Shown here piece by piece: positions 45,386-55,958 of a stretch of DNA of 64,000 nucleotides. The stretch is from Acidimicrobiales bacterium (GTDB taxonomy: Bacteria; Actinomycetota; Acidimicrobiia; Acidimicrobiales; SZUA-35). Each line of letters opens with the position of its first letter. Positions within the stretch are counted from its first letter, which is position 1. The translations under genes and the position numbers were made by a program. Below the pieces are notes generated by a model. It did no database searches. It worked only from the letters and a program-made list of their open reading frames with translations, and was not told where the DNA came from. The DNA lies in contig JAHDFH010000001.1 in NCBI GenBank assembly GCA_020628305.1, positions 65,306 to 129,305 on the forward strand. The letters run 5' to 3'.

Positions 45386-45784
45386 TTGAGTACCTTTGGT
45401 GCATTAGAGTTAGGATTCGTGTCCGAATTCTTTAGAGAATATCTCATAGTCTTCTTCTTTATTCTCTTAGCAGTAGCTGCTGTAGGCGGCTTAATTGGCT
45501 TATCCTCGGCGATTAGGCCAAATCGTCCTTCAAAAGGCAAGATAAAAAACTATGAAAGTGGTGTGGACCCAACCGAGGGCGGCTGGTCACAAAGTCAGAT
45601 TAGGTACTACATATTTGCGCTTCTTTTCGTCATGTTTGACGTTGAAGCGGTTTTCATCTTTCCATGGGCGACCGTGTTGGAAGAGCTTGGCTGGTTTGGT
45701 CTTGTCGAGATGGTCATATTTATCTTTATTCTTGCTCTAGGGTTGGGTTATGCTTGGCGGAAAGGGGTGCTCAAATGGGCTTAG
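45386..45784 (+). CDS. nuoA: NADH-quinone oxidoreductase subunit A, second operon
   Basis: YESGVDP...[24 protein letters not shown]. Start uncertain (TTG 45386 or GTG 45419). Confidence 0.85.
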   Translation: MSTFGALELGFVSEFFREYLIVFFFILLAVAAVGGLIGLSSAIRPNRPSKGKIKNYESGVDPTEGGWSQSQIRYYIFALLFVMFDVEAVFIFPWATVLEELGWFGLVEMVIFIFILALGLGYAWRKGVLKWA

Positions 45785-46275
45785 TCGAATCCGGCAAGAT
45801 CCCCAAAGGGTTGGGTACCCTCCTCAACATGAGCCGCAAATACTCACTCTGGGTTTATCAGTGGGGTCTTGCATGCTGCGCTATCGAAATGGCTGCCACG
45901 CTTGCATCGCCTCGATATGATGTGATGCGCCTTGGCGTTATTCCACTCCCTGCCAGTCCTCGTCAGGCCGATCTAGTTATCATCTCCGGAACCGTTACAG
46001 ACAAAATGGCTCCAGCCGTTCGACGACTGTATGAGCAGATGCCAGAGCCTAAATATGTGATTTCGATGGGCTCATGCGCTAACTGTGGAGGCCCTTACTG
46101 GGATAGCTACTCGGTCACTAAAGGTGTCGACCAGATCATTCCTGTAGATGTCTATGTGCCAGGGTGTCCGCCACGTCCAGAGGCCTTGTTAGAGGGTATT
46201 GTCCTTCTCCAAGAGCTGATTCAAAACGAGGATATGGCCGAGAAATGGAAAGGGGATCCCCTTGCCATCAGCTGA
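45775..46275 (+). CDS. nuoB: NADH-quinone oxidoreductase subunit B, second operon
   Basis: [31 protein letters not shown] 45775 overlaps the end of nuoA. Confidence 0.9.
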   Translation: MGLVESGKIPKGLGTLLNMSRKYSLWVYQWGLACCAIEMAATLASPRYDVMRLGVIPLPASPRQADLVIISGTVTDKMAPAVRRLYEQMPEPKYVISMGSCANCGGPYWDSYSVTKGVDQIIPVDVYVPGCPPRPEALLEGIVLLQELIQNEDMAEKWKGDPLAIS

Positions 46276-46975
46276 GGAAGAAGTAGCAGAAGTCCCTAAA
46301 GTCGACCACATCCGTCAGGAGCTCCTTGAAGAAGTCAAAAACCAGCTTGGCTCTGCTGTGATCGGCGAGCACCTTAGCCCTGGGAAAGACTTGTGGGTGA
46401 GAGTGCAGACGCAGAAATGGGCGGAGTTCGCACGAGTGATGAAAGAAAAGCTGGGGTTTGAGTTCTTTGATTTTCTCTCGTGTATCGACTGGAAAGATTC
46501 TCCCTATGGTAGAAGCTTGAGCTCTGCTGTTGATATTGAGCTAGGTAACACAGAACAAGAACCGCCCGCTGAAGCTCTAAGTACTGGAGTTGCCGGTGGA
46601 GATACCCGCTTTCAGATGATCGCCCGAGTCTACTCAATCAAGCACAACGTTGGAATTACCGTCAAGGCTGATCTTGGCGAATCAATGGCCATCGAGTCTT
46701 GGGCTGGGATTTTCCATGGTGCGGCGTGGCACGAACGCGAAGCTTACGAGATGTTTGGCGTTTCGTTTCAAGGTCACGACAACCTACGCAACATCTATTT
46801 GCCAACAGGTTTTGAGGGCAATCCGCTGCGTAAGGACTATCCGTTAATGGCTCGACTTGTAAAGCCTTGGCCAGGAATCGTAGATGTTGAACCTATGCCG
46901 GAGGTTGCCGAGCCAGCCAAGACGACACCGTCGGGCGCCTCAACTCAAAACCCAGACGCTGGAGGGGCTCCATGA
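46262..46975 (+). CDS. nuoC: NADH-quinone oxidoreductase subunit C, second operon
   Basis: [37 protein letters not shown]. Confidence 0.85.
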   Translation: MPSAEEEVAEVPKVDHIRQELLEEVKNQLGSAVIGEHLSPGKDLWVRVQTQKWAEFARVMKEKLGFEFFDFLSCIDWKDSPYGRSLSSAVDIELGNTEQEPPAEALSTGVAGGDTRFQMIARVYSIKHNVGITVKADLGESMAIESWAGIFHGAAWHEREAYEMFGVSFQGHDNLRNIYLPTGFEGNPLRKDYPLMARLVKPWPGIVDVEPMPEVAEPAKTTPSGASTQNPDAGGAP

Positions 46976-48144
46976 CGGCACAAATGGACCCTCAGCATGC
47001 TCAGTATGTTGCCGCTCAGGTAGCTGATGCTCGTGTTAATGTGGAGCTCGAAACCGAGGGGATGACCCTTAACATTGGCCCTCAGCACCCAGCTACCCAC
47101 GGAACTTTACGAATTATCGTACGCCTAGATGGCGAGCAGGTAACTGAAGTTGATCCCGTTCTTGGTTACATGCACAGAGGTTATGAAAAGCTCGCCGAGG
47201 TGCGTACCTATCCACAGGTCACAACCTTGATCAACCGTATTGACTGGGTTGGAAGCTTTGCTAACGAAGTACCATTTGTACTAGCTTCTGAGCAGCTCAT
47301 GGATATCGAAGCGCCAGAGCGGGCGCAATATATTCGCACGATTCTGTTTGAGCTGGGACGAATTGCCAACATTGTCCTCTTCCTTGGAGATATGGGAGTG
47401 CAACTCGGGGCTGTGACTCCAATGTTTTATGCTTTGCGAGACCGAGAGCTTATTCTCAATCAGATCGAGTCAGCTACAGGTGGGCGTTTTCATCCCAACT
47501 TCAACCGCATCGGGGGTGTAAAGGATGATCTTCCAGCGGGTTGGCTCCAGGACACAAAGTCAGCCATTGCAAAGATCATGAGTTTCTGCGATCAAGCGGA
47601 GGGTCTAATTGTTGGCAATGAGATCTTCCAGGAGAGAACCAGGGGTGTTGGTGTTATTCCGGCTGATGTTGCCCTCACTTACGGTCTAACCGGAGCAAAC
47701 GTCAGAGCATCAGGAGTTGACTGGGATCTTCGTCGAGACTCTGAGTCTCCTTTGCCTTATGACAAGGTGGATTGGAAAGTTTGGACCCACCCAGATGGTG
47801 ATTCTTTTGCTCGTTACTGGGTGCGCCTTCAAGAAGTAAGAGAGTCGTGTCGGATTGTAGATCAGCTTCTTGACTCGCTTCCGTCTGGACCAATAATGGC
47901 TAAAGTGCCGCGCATTATTAAAGTTCCGGCGGGCGAAGCCTACGTAGCAACCGAAAACCCTCTGGGTGAGATGGGTTACTACGTTGTGTCCAAGGGGGGA
48001 CTAGAACCGTTCCGTGTCAAGATTCGCACAGCAAGTTTCTCTAACATGTCAATCACGCCTTGGCTCCTTAAAGGTGCCTACATGCCAGATGTTGTAACCA
48101 TTTTGGCGTCGCTGTATTTCATTCTGGGAGATCTGGATCGCTGA
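46972..48144 (+). CDS. nuoD: NADH-quinone oxidoreductase subunit D, second operon
   Basis: NIGPQHPATHGTLRI, YFILGDLDR. Confidence 0.9.
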   Translation: MTAQMDPQHAQYVAAQVADARVNVELETEGMTLNIGPQHPATHGTLRIIVRLDGEQVTEVDPVLGYMHRGYEKLAEVRTYPQVTTLINRIDWVGSFANEVPFVLASEQLMDIEAPERAQYIRTILFELGRIANIVLFLGDMGVQLGAVTPMFYALRDRELILNQIESATGGRFHPNFNRIGGVKDDLPAGWLQDTKSAIAKIMSFCDQAEGLIVGNEIFQERTRGVGVIPADVALTYGLTGANVRASGVDWDLRRDSESPLPYDKVDWKVWTHPDGDSFARYWVRLQEVRESCRIVDQLLDSLPSGPIMAKVPRIIKVPAGEAYVATENPLGEMGYYVVSKGGLEPFRVKIRTASFSNMSITPWLLKGAYMPDVVTILASLYFILGDLDR

Positions 48145-49190
48145 TGCTCGGATTAGAACTCGCATACTGGCAGGAAACCATCATTAAGTTAGTTCTAGCG
48201 TTTGGCGTGGTCCTGGTTCCAGCTGGCGCAACTGTCTATCTTTATCTGTTCAAGATGGTTTCGTTTATGCAGAGCCGGCTAGGGCCAATGGAAGCAGGGC
48301 CTTACGGTTCGCTTCAATTGCTTGCTGAGCTTGGAAAATCGGCGCAGAAAGAAGATATTTTCCCAGAAAGGGCTGACCGATTTGTTTTTGCGGCGGCGCC
48401 CTATGTTGTGATTATTTCCTCGTTTCTGCTCGCTCTAGTGGTTCCATTCGGCCCTGATGCAATGTTCGTCAATTTCGATACAGGTATCTTTTTTGCTTTA
48501 GCAGTTTCGTCTGTTTCAGTTATTGGTGTTCTGATGGCCGGTTGGGCAAGCGCCAGTAAGTATTCGCTCATGGGTGGTCTGCGTGCTGCTGGCCAGTTGA
48601 TAGCGTATGAACTTCCTCTCGTTTTAGCGGTAGTTGGTGTTGTTATCCAGGCTGGCACATTGAATATGTCCAAGATCGTTGAAGCTCAGATCGAGGGTGA
48701 GATATTTGGCTGGGGAGCAATTGGTAACCCCTTCATTCTTACCCAGTTCGTTGCTTTCTTTATCTTCTTCATAGCTGTTCAAGCTGAGCTCACCCAAACC
48801 CCTTTCGACATGCCAATTGCGGAATCTGAACTTGTAGCGGGGTACATGACCGAGTACTCAGGGTTCCGTTTCCTCATGTTCTTTATTGGTGAGTTCGCAA
48901 CGGCAAACATTTTTGCCTTTCTCGGAGCGACCTTATTCTTAGGAGGCTGGTCTGTTCCTCCATTCGTCACCGATCTAATTGGTATAGATCCATACTCAGA
49001 AGCGTTCAACTACATCGGGCCAATCGTGATGATCACAAAGATGCTGCTCATCACCTTTGTGATTTACTGGGTGCGTTTCACCTACCCACGTTTTCGTGAA
49101 GATCAGCTGCAACGCTTTGCGTGGAAAGTTCTCATTCCATTGGCATTAGCCAATATCGCTGTAACCGGTGTAGCAAAGGTGGTTTTTTAA
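48144..49190 (+). CDS. nuoH: NADH-quinone oxidoreductase subunit H, second operon
   Basis: [49 protein letters not shown]. Directly follows nuoD, with no nuoEFG. Confidence 0.9.
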   Translation: MLGLELAYWQETIIKLVLAFGVVLVPAGATVYLYLFKMVSFMQSRLGPMEAGPYGSLQLLAELGKSAQKEDIFPERADRFVFAAAPYVVIISSFLLALVVPFGPDAMFVNFDTGIFFALAVSSVSVIGVLMAGWASASKYSLMGGLRAAGQLIAYELPLVLAVVGVVIQAGTLNMSKIVEAQIEGEIFGWGAIGNPFILTQFVAFFIFFIAVQAELTQTPFDMPIAESELVAGYMTEYSGFRFLMFFIGEFATANIFAFLGATLFLGGWSVPPFVTDLIGIDPYSEAFNYIGPIVMITKMLLITFVIYWVRFTYPRFREDQLQRFAWKVLIPLALANIAVTGVAKVVF

Positions 49191-49191
49191 G

Positions 49192-49692
49192 ATGGCAATT
49201 CTTCCAGGTGTTATCAAAGGCCTTGGTATCACCTTTAAAGAGCTAACCAAAACCATGGTGAAGGGTGCTGAAACTGTTCAATATCCTCACGAGAAGGAAG
49301 ATCCAGCTCCACGCGCTCGAGGAGTTATTGCACTTCATGAAGACAACTGCACTTCGTGTATGTTGTGTGCCCGAGAGTGCCCAGATTGGTGCATATACAT
49401 AGAAGGCCACAAGGAGCTAGCACCGCCAAGGCGTGCCGGTGGTAAACCTCGCTCTGTTAACAAACTCGATCGTTTCGATATCGATTATTCACTTTGCATG
49501 TATTGCGGAATTTGTGTCGAGGTTTGTCCTTTTGAGGCATTATTCTGGTCACCAGAGTACGAATACTCTGAGCCAAAGATTGCTGACTTGCTTCACGACA
49601 AGTCTCGTTTGGGGCAGTGGATGGAAACCGTTCCAGAATTTGAACCATATGAGGCTGGCACTGAAGTCAAACTAAAGAAGGTGCCACGTTGA
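49192..49692 (+). CDS. nuoI: NADH-quinone oxidoreductase subunit I, second operon
   Basis: [12 protein letters not shown] and [12 protein letters not shown]. Confidence 0.9.
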   Translation: MAILPGVIKGLGITFKELTKTMVKGAETVQYPHEKEDPAPRARGVIALHEDNCTSCMLCARECPDWCIYIEGHKELAPPRRAGGKPRSVNKLDRFDIDYSLCMYCGICVEVCPFEALFWSPEYEYSEPKIADLLHDKSRLGQWMETVPEFEPYEAGTEVKLKKVPR

Positions 49693-50228
49693 ACCTTCTT
49701 CTCCAAGCCGAAACAGCGCTATCTGAAACAGGTGAATGGATTGCTAATGGTTTCTTCTATCTCATAGCAACTGTTGCTGTGGTGGCAGCGCTGAAGATGG
49801 TCTCTACAAAAAATGTTGTTCACGCAGCTCTGTATCTGTTGGTTGTGTTGTCGGCTGTGGCCGCAACATATGTGATTCTGGGTGCAGAGTTTGCGGCCGC
49901 TACGCAAGTTCTTGTTTATCTTGGAGCCATTATGGTGTTGATGCTCTTCGGTGTGATGTTGACTAGAGCTAAGCTTGGTAATGATGAAGAGCTAGATCAT
50001 GACCAACGTTGGATTGGGTCCTTGGTAGGTGTGGGAATGTTGGCTGTTATGAGCTATTCGTTATGGGAGTTCTACCAAGGTGAGCGCCTTCCCAGCGAAC
50101 AATCGCCGCAACGTACTCAAGAAGTAGCTTTGGAGATTTTTTCAACCTATATCGTTGCATTCGAAGCGCTGTCGGTTCTTCTGTTGGCAGCATTGATCGG
50201 CGCAATTGTTGTAGCGAGGAAGGATTAG
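49689..50228 (+). CDS. nuoJ: NADH-quinone oxidoreductase subunit J, second operon
   Basis: Operon position. [21 protein letters not shown]. Confidence 0.8.
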   Translation: MNLLLQAETALSETGEWIANGFFYLIATVAVVAALKMVSTKNVVHAALYLLVVLSAVAATYVILGAEFAAATQVLVYLGAIMVLMLFGVMLTRAKLGNDEELDHDQRWIGSLVGVGMLAVMSYSLWEFYQGERLPSEQSPQRTQEVALEIFSTYIVAFEALSVLLLAALIGAIVVARKD

Positions 50229-50232
50229 TCGG

Positions 50233-50532
50233 ATGTTTTTGAATCAGTTCCTTCTCTTTGCCGCAGTGCTCTTCTCGATTGGTGTTTACGGAGTTCTAAC
50301 CCGACGCAACGGTGTGTTAGTCCTAATGTCAATTGAGCTTATTTTGAACGCTGTAAATATCAATCTGATTGCCTTTGCTGCCTACAACCAGGATCTATCT
50401 GGTCAGGTCTTTGCTCTGTTCATAATTGCTGTTGCAGCAGCAGAAGTTGGTGTGGGGCTAGCGATTGTGTTGTTGATCTATAGAAACAGACGAAGCATTG
50501 ATATCACCGAGCAGAATGCGTTGAGGGGGTAG
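50233..50532 (+). CDS. nuoK: NADH-quinone oxidoreductase subunit K, second operon
   Basis: 99 aa. [11 protein letters not shown]...[12 protein letters not shown]. Confidence 0.9.
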   Translation: MFLNQFLLFAAVLFSIGVYGVLTRRNGVLVLMSIELILNAVNINLIAFAAYNQDLSGQVFALFIIAVAAAEVGVGLAIVLLIYRNRRSIDITEQNALRG

Positions 50533-50535
50533 CCG

Positions 50536-52818
50536 ATGTTGGGTGCAGAACTAGTAACACAAACCCCTTGGATTTTCGAAACCGTGTGGCTGATTCCTGG
50601 AATCATGGCGGCATCTTTCATGCTGATTCTGTTCTTTGGTAAACGCCTACCTCAAAAGGGTGCCGAGATTGGAATAGCCGCAATAATCGCGGCCTTTGCC
50701 CTATCTAGTTTTGCCACATACACATGGATTAGCGAAATCAACTCTGGTTCTGAGGCAGAATCTTATGAAGCTCTACCAGCAGCTACAGCCCCCATTGGAT
50801 TTGGCTCAGCTGTAGTTGAACCCATTGCATTCGCAGGGGAAGAGGGCGTAGTTCGGGGAGCGCCGATCATCACCGAATATGAGTGGTTTAGTGTTACTGA
50901 TCCGATGCAAGAGTCGGTTGCGGCCAAGTCCAGTGCACCTGCGATTGGTATTGGTACTTGGGTTGATGGCCAGTCGATAATGATGTTGTTCGTAGTGACC
51001 TTCATTTCCATGTTGGTACACATTTACTCAACTGAGTATGTGTCAGGTGATCGTCGCTACACCCACTATTTCGCCTTCTTATCGCTTTTCACAGCCTCCA
51101 TGCTGTTCATGGTTCTTTCAACTAGCACCATTCAGTTAATTGTCGGCTGGGAGCTAGTCGGTGTTTGCTCGTTTGCATTGATTGGTCACTGGTGGGAGGA
51201 CAAACCAAACTCAGACGCAGCACTGAAAGCCTTCTTGACTAACCGTGTTGGTGACATTGGCTTGTTAGTCGGCATGATAATTCTGTTCTTCGCAGCTGGT
51301 AACTCCTTCAGTATCGAAAAGATCAATCAAATGGCCGTTTTATCTGGTGAAGACGGGGGTATCTCCCAAGGTGTCTTGCTAGCAGCTTCTCTCTGTCTGA
51401 TGGCTGCTGTGATGAGCAAGTCTGGTCAGTTTATTCTCCATACTTGGTTGCCAGATGCTATGGCTGGTCCAACTCCAGTTTCGGCTCTGATTCACGCAGC
51501 CACAATGGTTGTTGCTGGCGTATATATGATTGGCCGCCTTTACCCGGTGTTCTGGGAAGGTCTGTCAATCTACGGATCTAACATCAATGCAATGGCTTTC
51601 ATTGGTGGTCTAACTACCGTTGGTGGCGGGCTGTTGGCTTTCGTGCAGCGTGACATCAAGAAGGTCCTGGCGTATTCGACCGTGTCGCAGCTTGGTTACA
51701 TGGTTATGGCTTTAGGCGTGGGAGCCTATACAGCCGGCATGTTCCATCTCTTCACCCACGCGTTTTTCAAAGCCTGTTTGTTCCTTGGTGCAGGGTCTTT
51801 GTCGCATGCCTGTCACCACAGCTTCGACATGAAAAAGGACATGGGTGGGTTGCGTAAAAAGATGCCACTCACGTTCGCTACCTTTATGATCGGATCGCTT
51901 GCTTTGGCTGGTCTTCCACCGCTAGCTGGCTTTTGGAGCAAGGACGAAATCTTGGTTGGAGCCGGCGTCTGGCCTGGCACTGAAGGTAACGGAACGTACC
52001 ACATTCCATTTATCTTTGGTTGCATCACCGCAGCGCTGACAGCAGCGTACATGACACGAGTGATATGGCTAACTTTCTTTGGTAAGTACCGCGGTCACGA
52101 AGAACCACACGAGTCCAGCTGGCGTATCAGAATGCCGCTGGTCCTGCTCGCTGGGTTTGCGACGGTGGCAGGTTTTCTAAATATGCCATCTGGTTTTGTT
52201 TCAGCAGTTGGCCTGCCGAAGAGCTGGGCTCACAAGTTTGAAGATTGGGTAGAGCCAGAAGGCGTTTCAACTTTCGTGTCTAAAGCCCAAAACGGTTTTA
52301 CTCACGCTAAGCCAAGCCTTTCGCTGGCGATTGTCGCATCTGGACTGGTTCTTATCTCAATCGCTGTTGTCTGGACTTACTACAAGAAATTGTTTGCCAA
52401 GGATGAAATGGCGACCGAGTACACAGACGGTTTTATGTCTCGTATGCCGTTGCTTGCAACAGGTCATAAGATCCTTACCAATAAGTACTATCTTGATCAT
52501 CTCTACACTGACAAGATTGCTGGAACTACCAAAGGTTCTTTGGCAAAGGTCTCATATTGGTTTAACCAAAACGTGTTGGATGCCATCGTCAACTCTGCTG
52601 GTTCAGTATCTGCAGCCGCTGGTCGAGCGCTTTACAAGCATTTCGATCAGGGTGTTATTGATAACGCAGTTAATTCTAGCGCTGGAGCCGCATCGTCTTC
52701 GGGCGGGGTATTGCGCAGACTGCAATCTGGTCAGGTGCGTCAGTACGCATCGCTGATGTTTGGTGCAGCAGTTTTGATAGCGGTTGTATTCGTATTCGCT
52801 CTCGGAGAACGAGGTTAG
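50536..52818 (+). CDS. nuoL: NADH-quinone oxidoreductase subunit L, second operon (long, 760 aa)
   Basis: WELVGVCSFALIGHWW, WLPDAMAGPTPVSALIHAATMV, LAGFWSKDEIL. Large loop insertion after the second TM helix. Confidence 0.9.
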   Translation: MLGAELVTQTPWIFETVWLIPGIMAASFMLILFFGKRLPQKGAEIGIAAIIAAFALSSFATYTWISEINSGSEAESYEALPAATAPIGFGSAVVEPIAFAGEEGVVRGAPIITEYEWFSVTDPMQESVAAKSSAPAIGIGTWVDGQSIMMLFVVTFISMLVHIYSTEYVSGDRRYTHYFAFLSLFTASMLFMVLSTSTIQLIVGWELVGVCSFALIGHWWEDKPNSDAALKAFLTNRVGDIGLLVGMIILFFAAGNSFSIEKINQMAVLSGEDGGISQGVLLAASLCLMAAVMSKSGQFILHTWLPDAMAGPTPVSALIHAATMVVAGVYMIGRLYPVFWEGLSIYGSNINAMAFIGGLTTVGGGLLAFVQRDIKKVLAYSTVSQLGYMVMALGVGAYTAGMFHLFTHAFFKACLFLGAGSLSHACHHSFDMKKDMGGLRKKMPLTFATFMIGSLALAGLPPLAGFWSKDEILVGAGVWPGTEGNGTYHIPFIFGCITAALTAAYMTRVIWLTFFGKYRGHEEPHESSWRIRMPLVLLAGFATVAGFLNMPSGFVSAVGLPKSWAHKFEDWVEPEGVSTFVSKAQNGFTHAKPSLSLAIVASGLVLISIAVVWTYYKKLFAKDEMATEYTDGFMSRMPLLATGHKILTNKYYLDHLYTDKIAGTTKGSLAKVSYWFNQNVLDAIVNSAGSVSAAAGRALYKHFDQGVIDNAVNSSAGAASSSGGVLRRLQSGQVRQYASLMFGAAVLIAVVFVFALGERG

Positions 52819-52843
52819 AAATGTTAGATGTTAGGAACTTACC

Positions 52844-54379
52844 ATGACTGATTTCTTAAACGACTGGGGCATCACCCTCATGGTGTTCACACCGCTGGTT
52901 GCAGCTTTTGCAATGATGCTGCTTCCGGGTAAACCAGACATAATCCACAAACAGGTTGCACTGGGAGCGTCAACCCTTACCGCTGTCTGGGGTGCTCTGT
53001 TGTTGTTCAACTTTGACTACGATTCAGCGTCGGTAATGCAGTTTGGTGTTGATCGCTCATGGATCGATGTTGTGAATGCACGGTATGACGTTGGTATAGA
53101 TGGCATATCGCTTCCACTGATTGCTCTGACGCTGTTCGTGGTGCCGCTTGTCATCCTTTACTCTTGGAATCATATTCCTAAACCCGGTAACGCCAAAGCG
53201 TTCCTTATCCTTACCCTGATTCTCCACACTGGTATGTTGGGAACGTTCGTTGCAAGAGATCTAGTTCTGTTCTTCGTTTTTTTCGAAGTTGTGCTTCTGC
53301 CAATGTATTTCATGATCGGTGTTTGGGGAGGGGAGCAGCGCCTCTATGCAGCAATAAAGTTCTTCCTCTACACCTTGTTTGGCTCTGCTTTGATGCTCGT
53401 ATCATTCCTAGCGCTGTACTGGTTGACCGGTTCAGAAACGTTCAACATGGCGCAACTAGCAGAGCTTGTCTCTACTTCAGATATCGCACTTGGCACTCAA
53501 GTTCTGATCTTTGGTGGCATGTTTATGGGCTTTGGAATCAAGGTGCCAATGTTTCCATTCCATACATGGCTGCCCGATGCGCACACTCAAGCACCGACGC
53601 AGGGTTCTGTAATTCTCGCAGCGGTACTCTTGAAGCTGGGGACCTATGGCTTCATCAGAATAGCGTTACCCATCTTGCCTGATGCGGCAGTTGAGTGGGC
53701 CCCTTGGATTGGTCTTCTAGCCGTGATTGGCATCATCTATGGCGCTCTGGGCTGCCTGGCACAGACAGATATGAAGCGCTTGATTGCGTTCTCATCTGTA
53801 GCGCATATGGGCTATGTGATGCTTGGAATCTCAACTCTCACGAGCTTCGGTATTTCTGCTGCAATCTTTGGCATGGTGGCTCACGGGCTTATCACTGGGA
53901 TGTTGTTCTTTATCGCCGGTTCGGTTAAGGATCGTTACCACACCCTTGAGATTAGTCGCCTTGGAGGTCTGCTTGTGCAGGCGCCACGCATGGGTTGGAT
54001 ACTTGGGTTCACCACGATGGCATCTCTCGGACTCCCTGGCTTGGCTGGCTTCTGGGGCGAGTTCCCAGCGATCTTGGCTGCCTACAACCCGGGTGGAGGA
54101 CTATCACAGCCGTTGTTCAGGGTTTACATGGTTGTGGCTGCTATTGGTACCGTTCTGGCAGCTGCTTACTTGCTGTGGCTGCTGCAGCGAACGGCTTTTG
54201 GTAACCCGTCGGAGGAGTTTGCTGATAACCCAGAGATCACAGATGCATCTAAATTGGAATACATATCCTGGGTACCATTTTTGATCATGATCGTGGTGCT
54301 CGGATTCGTGCCAGGACTAATTTTTGATGTTGCTGATGCTCCTGTTTCGGAGATGGCCGAAGTTTGGGTCGTTAAATGA
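52844..54379 (+). CDS. nuoM: NADH-quinone oxidoreductase subunit M, second operon
   Basis: HTWLPDAHTQAPTQGSVILAAVLLKLGTYG. Confidence 0.9.
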   Translation: MTDFLNDWGITLMVFTPLVAAFAMMLLPGKPDIIHKQVALGASTLTAVWGALLLFNFDYDSASVMQFGVDRSWIDVVNARYDVGIDGISLPLIALTLFVVPLVILYSWNHIPKPGNAKAFLILTLILHTGMLGTFVARDLVLFFVFFEVVLLPMYFMIGVWGGEQRLYAAIKFFLYTLFGSALMLVSFLALYWLTGSETFNMAQLAELVSTSDIALGTQVLIFGGMFMGFGIKVPMFPFHTWLPDAHTQAPTQGSVILAAVLLKLGTYGFIRIALPILPDAAVEWAPWIGLLAVIGIIYGALGCLAQTDMKRLIAFSSVAHMGYVMLGISTLTSFGISAAIFGMVAHGLITGMLFFIAGSVKDRYHTLEISRLGGLLVQAPRMGWILGFTTMASLGLPGLAGFWGEFPAILAAYNPGGGLSQPLFRVYMVVAAIGTVLAAAYLLWLLQRTAFGNPSEEFADNPEITDASKLEYISWVPFLIMIVVLGFVPGLIFDVADAPVSEMAEVWVVK

Positions 54380-55902
54380 TCTCATTTGATCTGCTAGCCA
54401 ACACGGAGCTCGCATTTGAGCGGCCAGCAATTGATTGGCATGCAGCTGCGCCTGAGCTTGTGCTTCTCGCTTGGGGTGCTTTGGTAACGCTTGTTGATCT
54501 TGTCTGGCTAGAAAAAGCCCGCCGGTTCATCCCAACACTCACAGGCTTTGGCTTTCTAGCTGCACTTATACCGGTAGTGACTCTTTGGGCAGATTCGGAT
54601 GCTTTGCCAAGGCAGATGTTTGATGGGGCTTATGTGACTGACGAACTTGCCCTTGTGTTCAAGGGGCTGTTCTTGTTGAGCGCTTATGTCGTTGTACTAT
54701 TGGGCGCTAACTATCTCAACGATGGCAATTACTATGATTCTGAGTTTTATCAGCTGATTTCTGCATCCGTGCTGGGCATGTTGATCATGGCATCAGCGAG
54801 AGACCTGGTGCCTATTTTCATTGCGATTGAGCTTGTTTCAATCCCGGCTTATCTGATGGCGGCGTGGCGTAAGAGAGACCTTAAATCGAACGAGGCTGGG
54901 CTGAAATATATGCTGATGGGTGTTTTCGCGTCGGCGATCATGCTTTATGGAATGTCGCTGCTTTACGGCATGGCTGGTAGTACCCAGATTTCGGCTATTG
55001 GAGAAGCTTTAACAGGGCTTAGTGACCGTCCACTGGTTATTCTTGGTGTGCTGTTTACGCTTATTGGTTTCGGTTTCAAGGTTTCGGCTGTGCCATTTCA
55101 CACATGGGCCCCCGATACTTATGAAGGTGCCCCAACTCCGCTCACAGCGTTCCTAGCGGTCGCATCAAAAACGGCAGGGTTTGTGGCGTTGTTGACGGTT
55201 ATTCTGATTGGCTTCGAATCTAAGTCAGAGCTTGTTGAGCCGTTCATGTGGGTGCTTGCTGCTGCCACTATGACCATCGGTAATCTGATTGCTCTACGTC
55301 AAACCAATATCGTTCGCATGCTTGCGTATTCTGGCGTAGCGCAAGCTGGCTACATGCTGGCTCCGTTGGCTGTGTACTCAGCGAATCCTGAGCTGTCTCG
55401 TTCAGCTGTAGTCAACTACCTGCTCATTTACGCAGCAATGAATCTGGGCGCTTTCGCAGTTGTGATTATCGCTGCACGCAAAACTAAGTCGGGGGAGATA
55501 TCGTCTTTTGGTGGCATGTTTCAGTACGCTCCAGGGTTGACCGTCGCCATGACGATCTTCTTATTCTCGCTTGCTGGGCTTCCACCTGTCGGGGGCTGGT
55601 TAGCCAAATGGAGGGTCTTTGAATCGTTACTCTTCTTTGGTGAAGGATCCACGGCACCAAGCCTTGCAGGAGTCTTACTAGCAGTGCTTGTTGCACTCAA
55701 CTCTGTAGTGGCAGCTTACTATTATCTGAGCGTTGCGAAGCAAATGTGGTTCATGCCTGCCGTCAACGATGACAACTCAACCATCAAGATCCCGTCAGCG
55801 CTCACCATAGCTTTGGCTATTGCAGTTGTCATCACCGTCGTCTCTGGCGTCACCAACCTCATGCCAGAGCTTTCCACCGCTGACTTCGGCTTAGGCCAGT
55901 AA
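54376..55902 (+). CDS. nuoN: NADH-quinone oxidoreductase subunit N, second operon
   Basis: FHTWAPDTYEGAPTPLTAFL. Confidence 0.9.
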   Translation: MISFDLLANTELAFERPAIDWHAAAPELVLLAWGALVTLVDLVWLEKARRFIPTLTGFGFLAALIPVVTLWADSDALPRQMFDGAYVTDELALVFKGLFLLSAYVVVLLGANYLNDGNYYDSEFYQLISASVLGMLIMASARDLVPIFIAIELVSIPAYLMAAWRKRDLKSNEAGLKYMLMGVFASAIMLYGMSLLYGMAGSTQISAIGEALTGLSDRPLVILGVLFTLIGFGFKVSAVPFHTWAPDTYEGAPTPLTAFLAVASKTAGFVALLTVILIGFESKSELVEPFMWVLAAATMTIGNLIALRQTNIVRMLAYSGVAQAGYMLAPLAVYSANPELSRSAVVNYLLIYAAMNLGAFAVVIIAARKTKSGEISSFGGMFQYAPGLTVAMTIFLFSLAGLPPVGGWLAKWRVFESLLFFGEGSTAPSLAGVLLAVLVALNSVVAAYYYLSVAKQMWFMPAVNDDNSTIKIPSALTIALAIAVVITVVSGVTNLMPELSTADFGLGQ

Positions 55903-55912
55903 CTATTGGTAA

Positions 55913-55936
55913 CCATTGGGGACAGGTCTCGGTCGT
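55913..55936 (+). repeat. direct repeat, copy 1, flanking orphan gene 55959-56609
   Basis: CCATTGGGGACAGGTCTCGGTCGT. Matches 56686-56710 except for one extra G. Confidence 0.8.
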
Positions 55937-55958
55937 CCAGCTAATTGGTGCCTTGATC

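Noticed and set aside
20408-55902. The two nuo operons as a recent segmental duplication.
   Set aside because: Paralogous subunits are deeply diverged. Gene content differs (14 versus 11 genes) and subunit lengths differ, so they represent distinct lineages of complex I.
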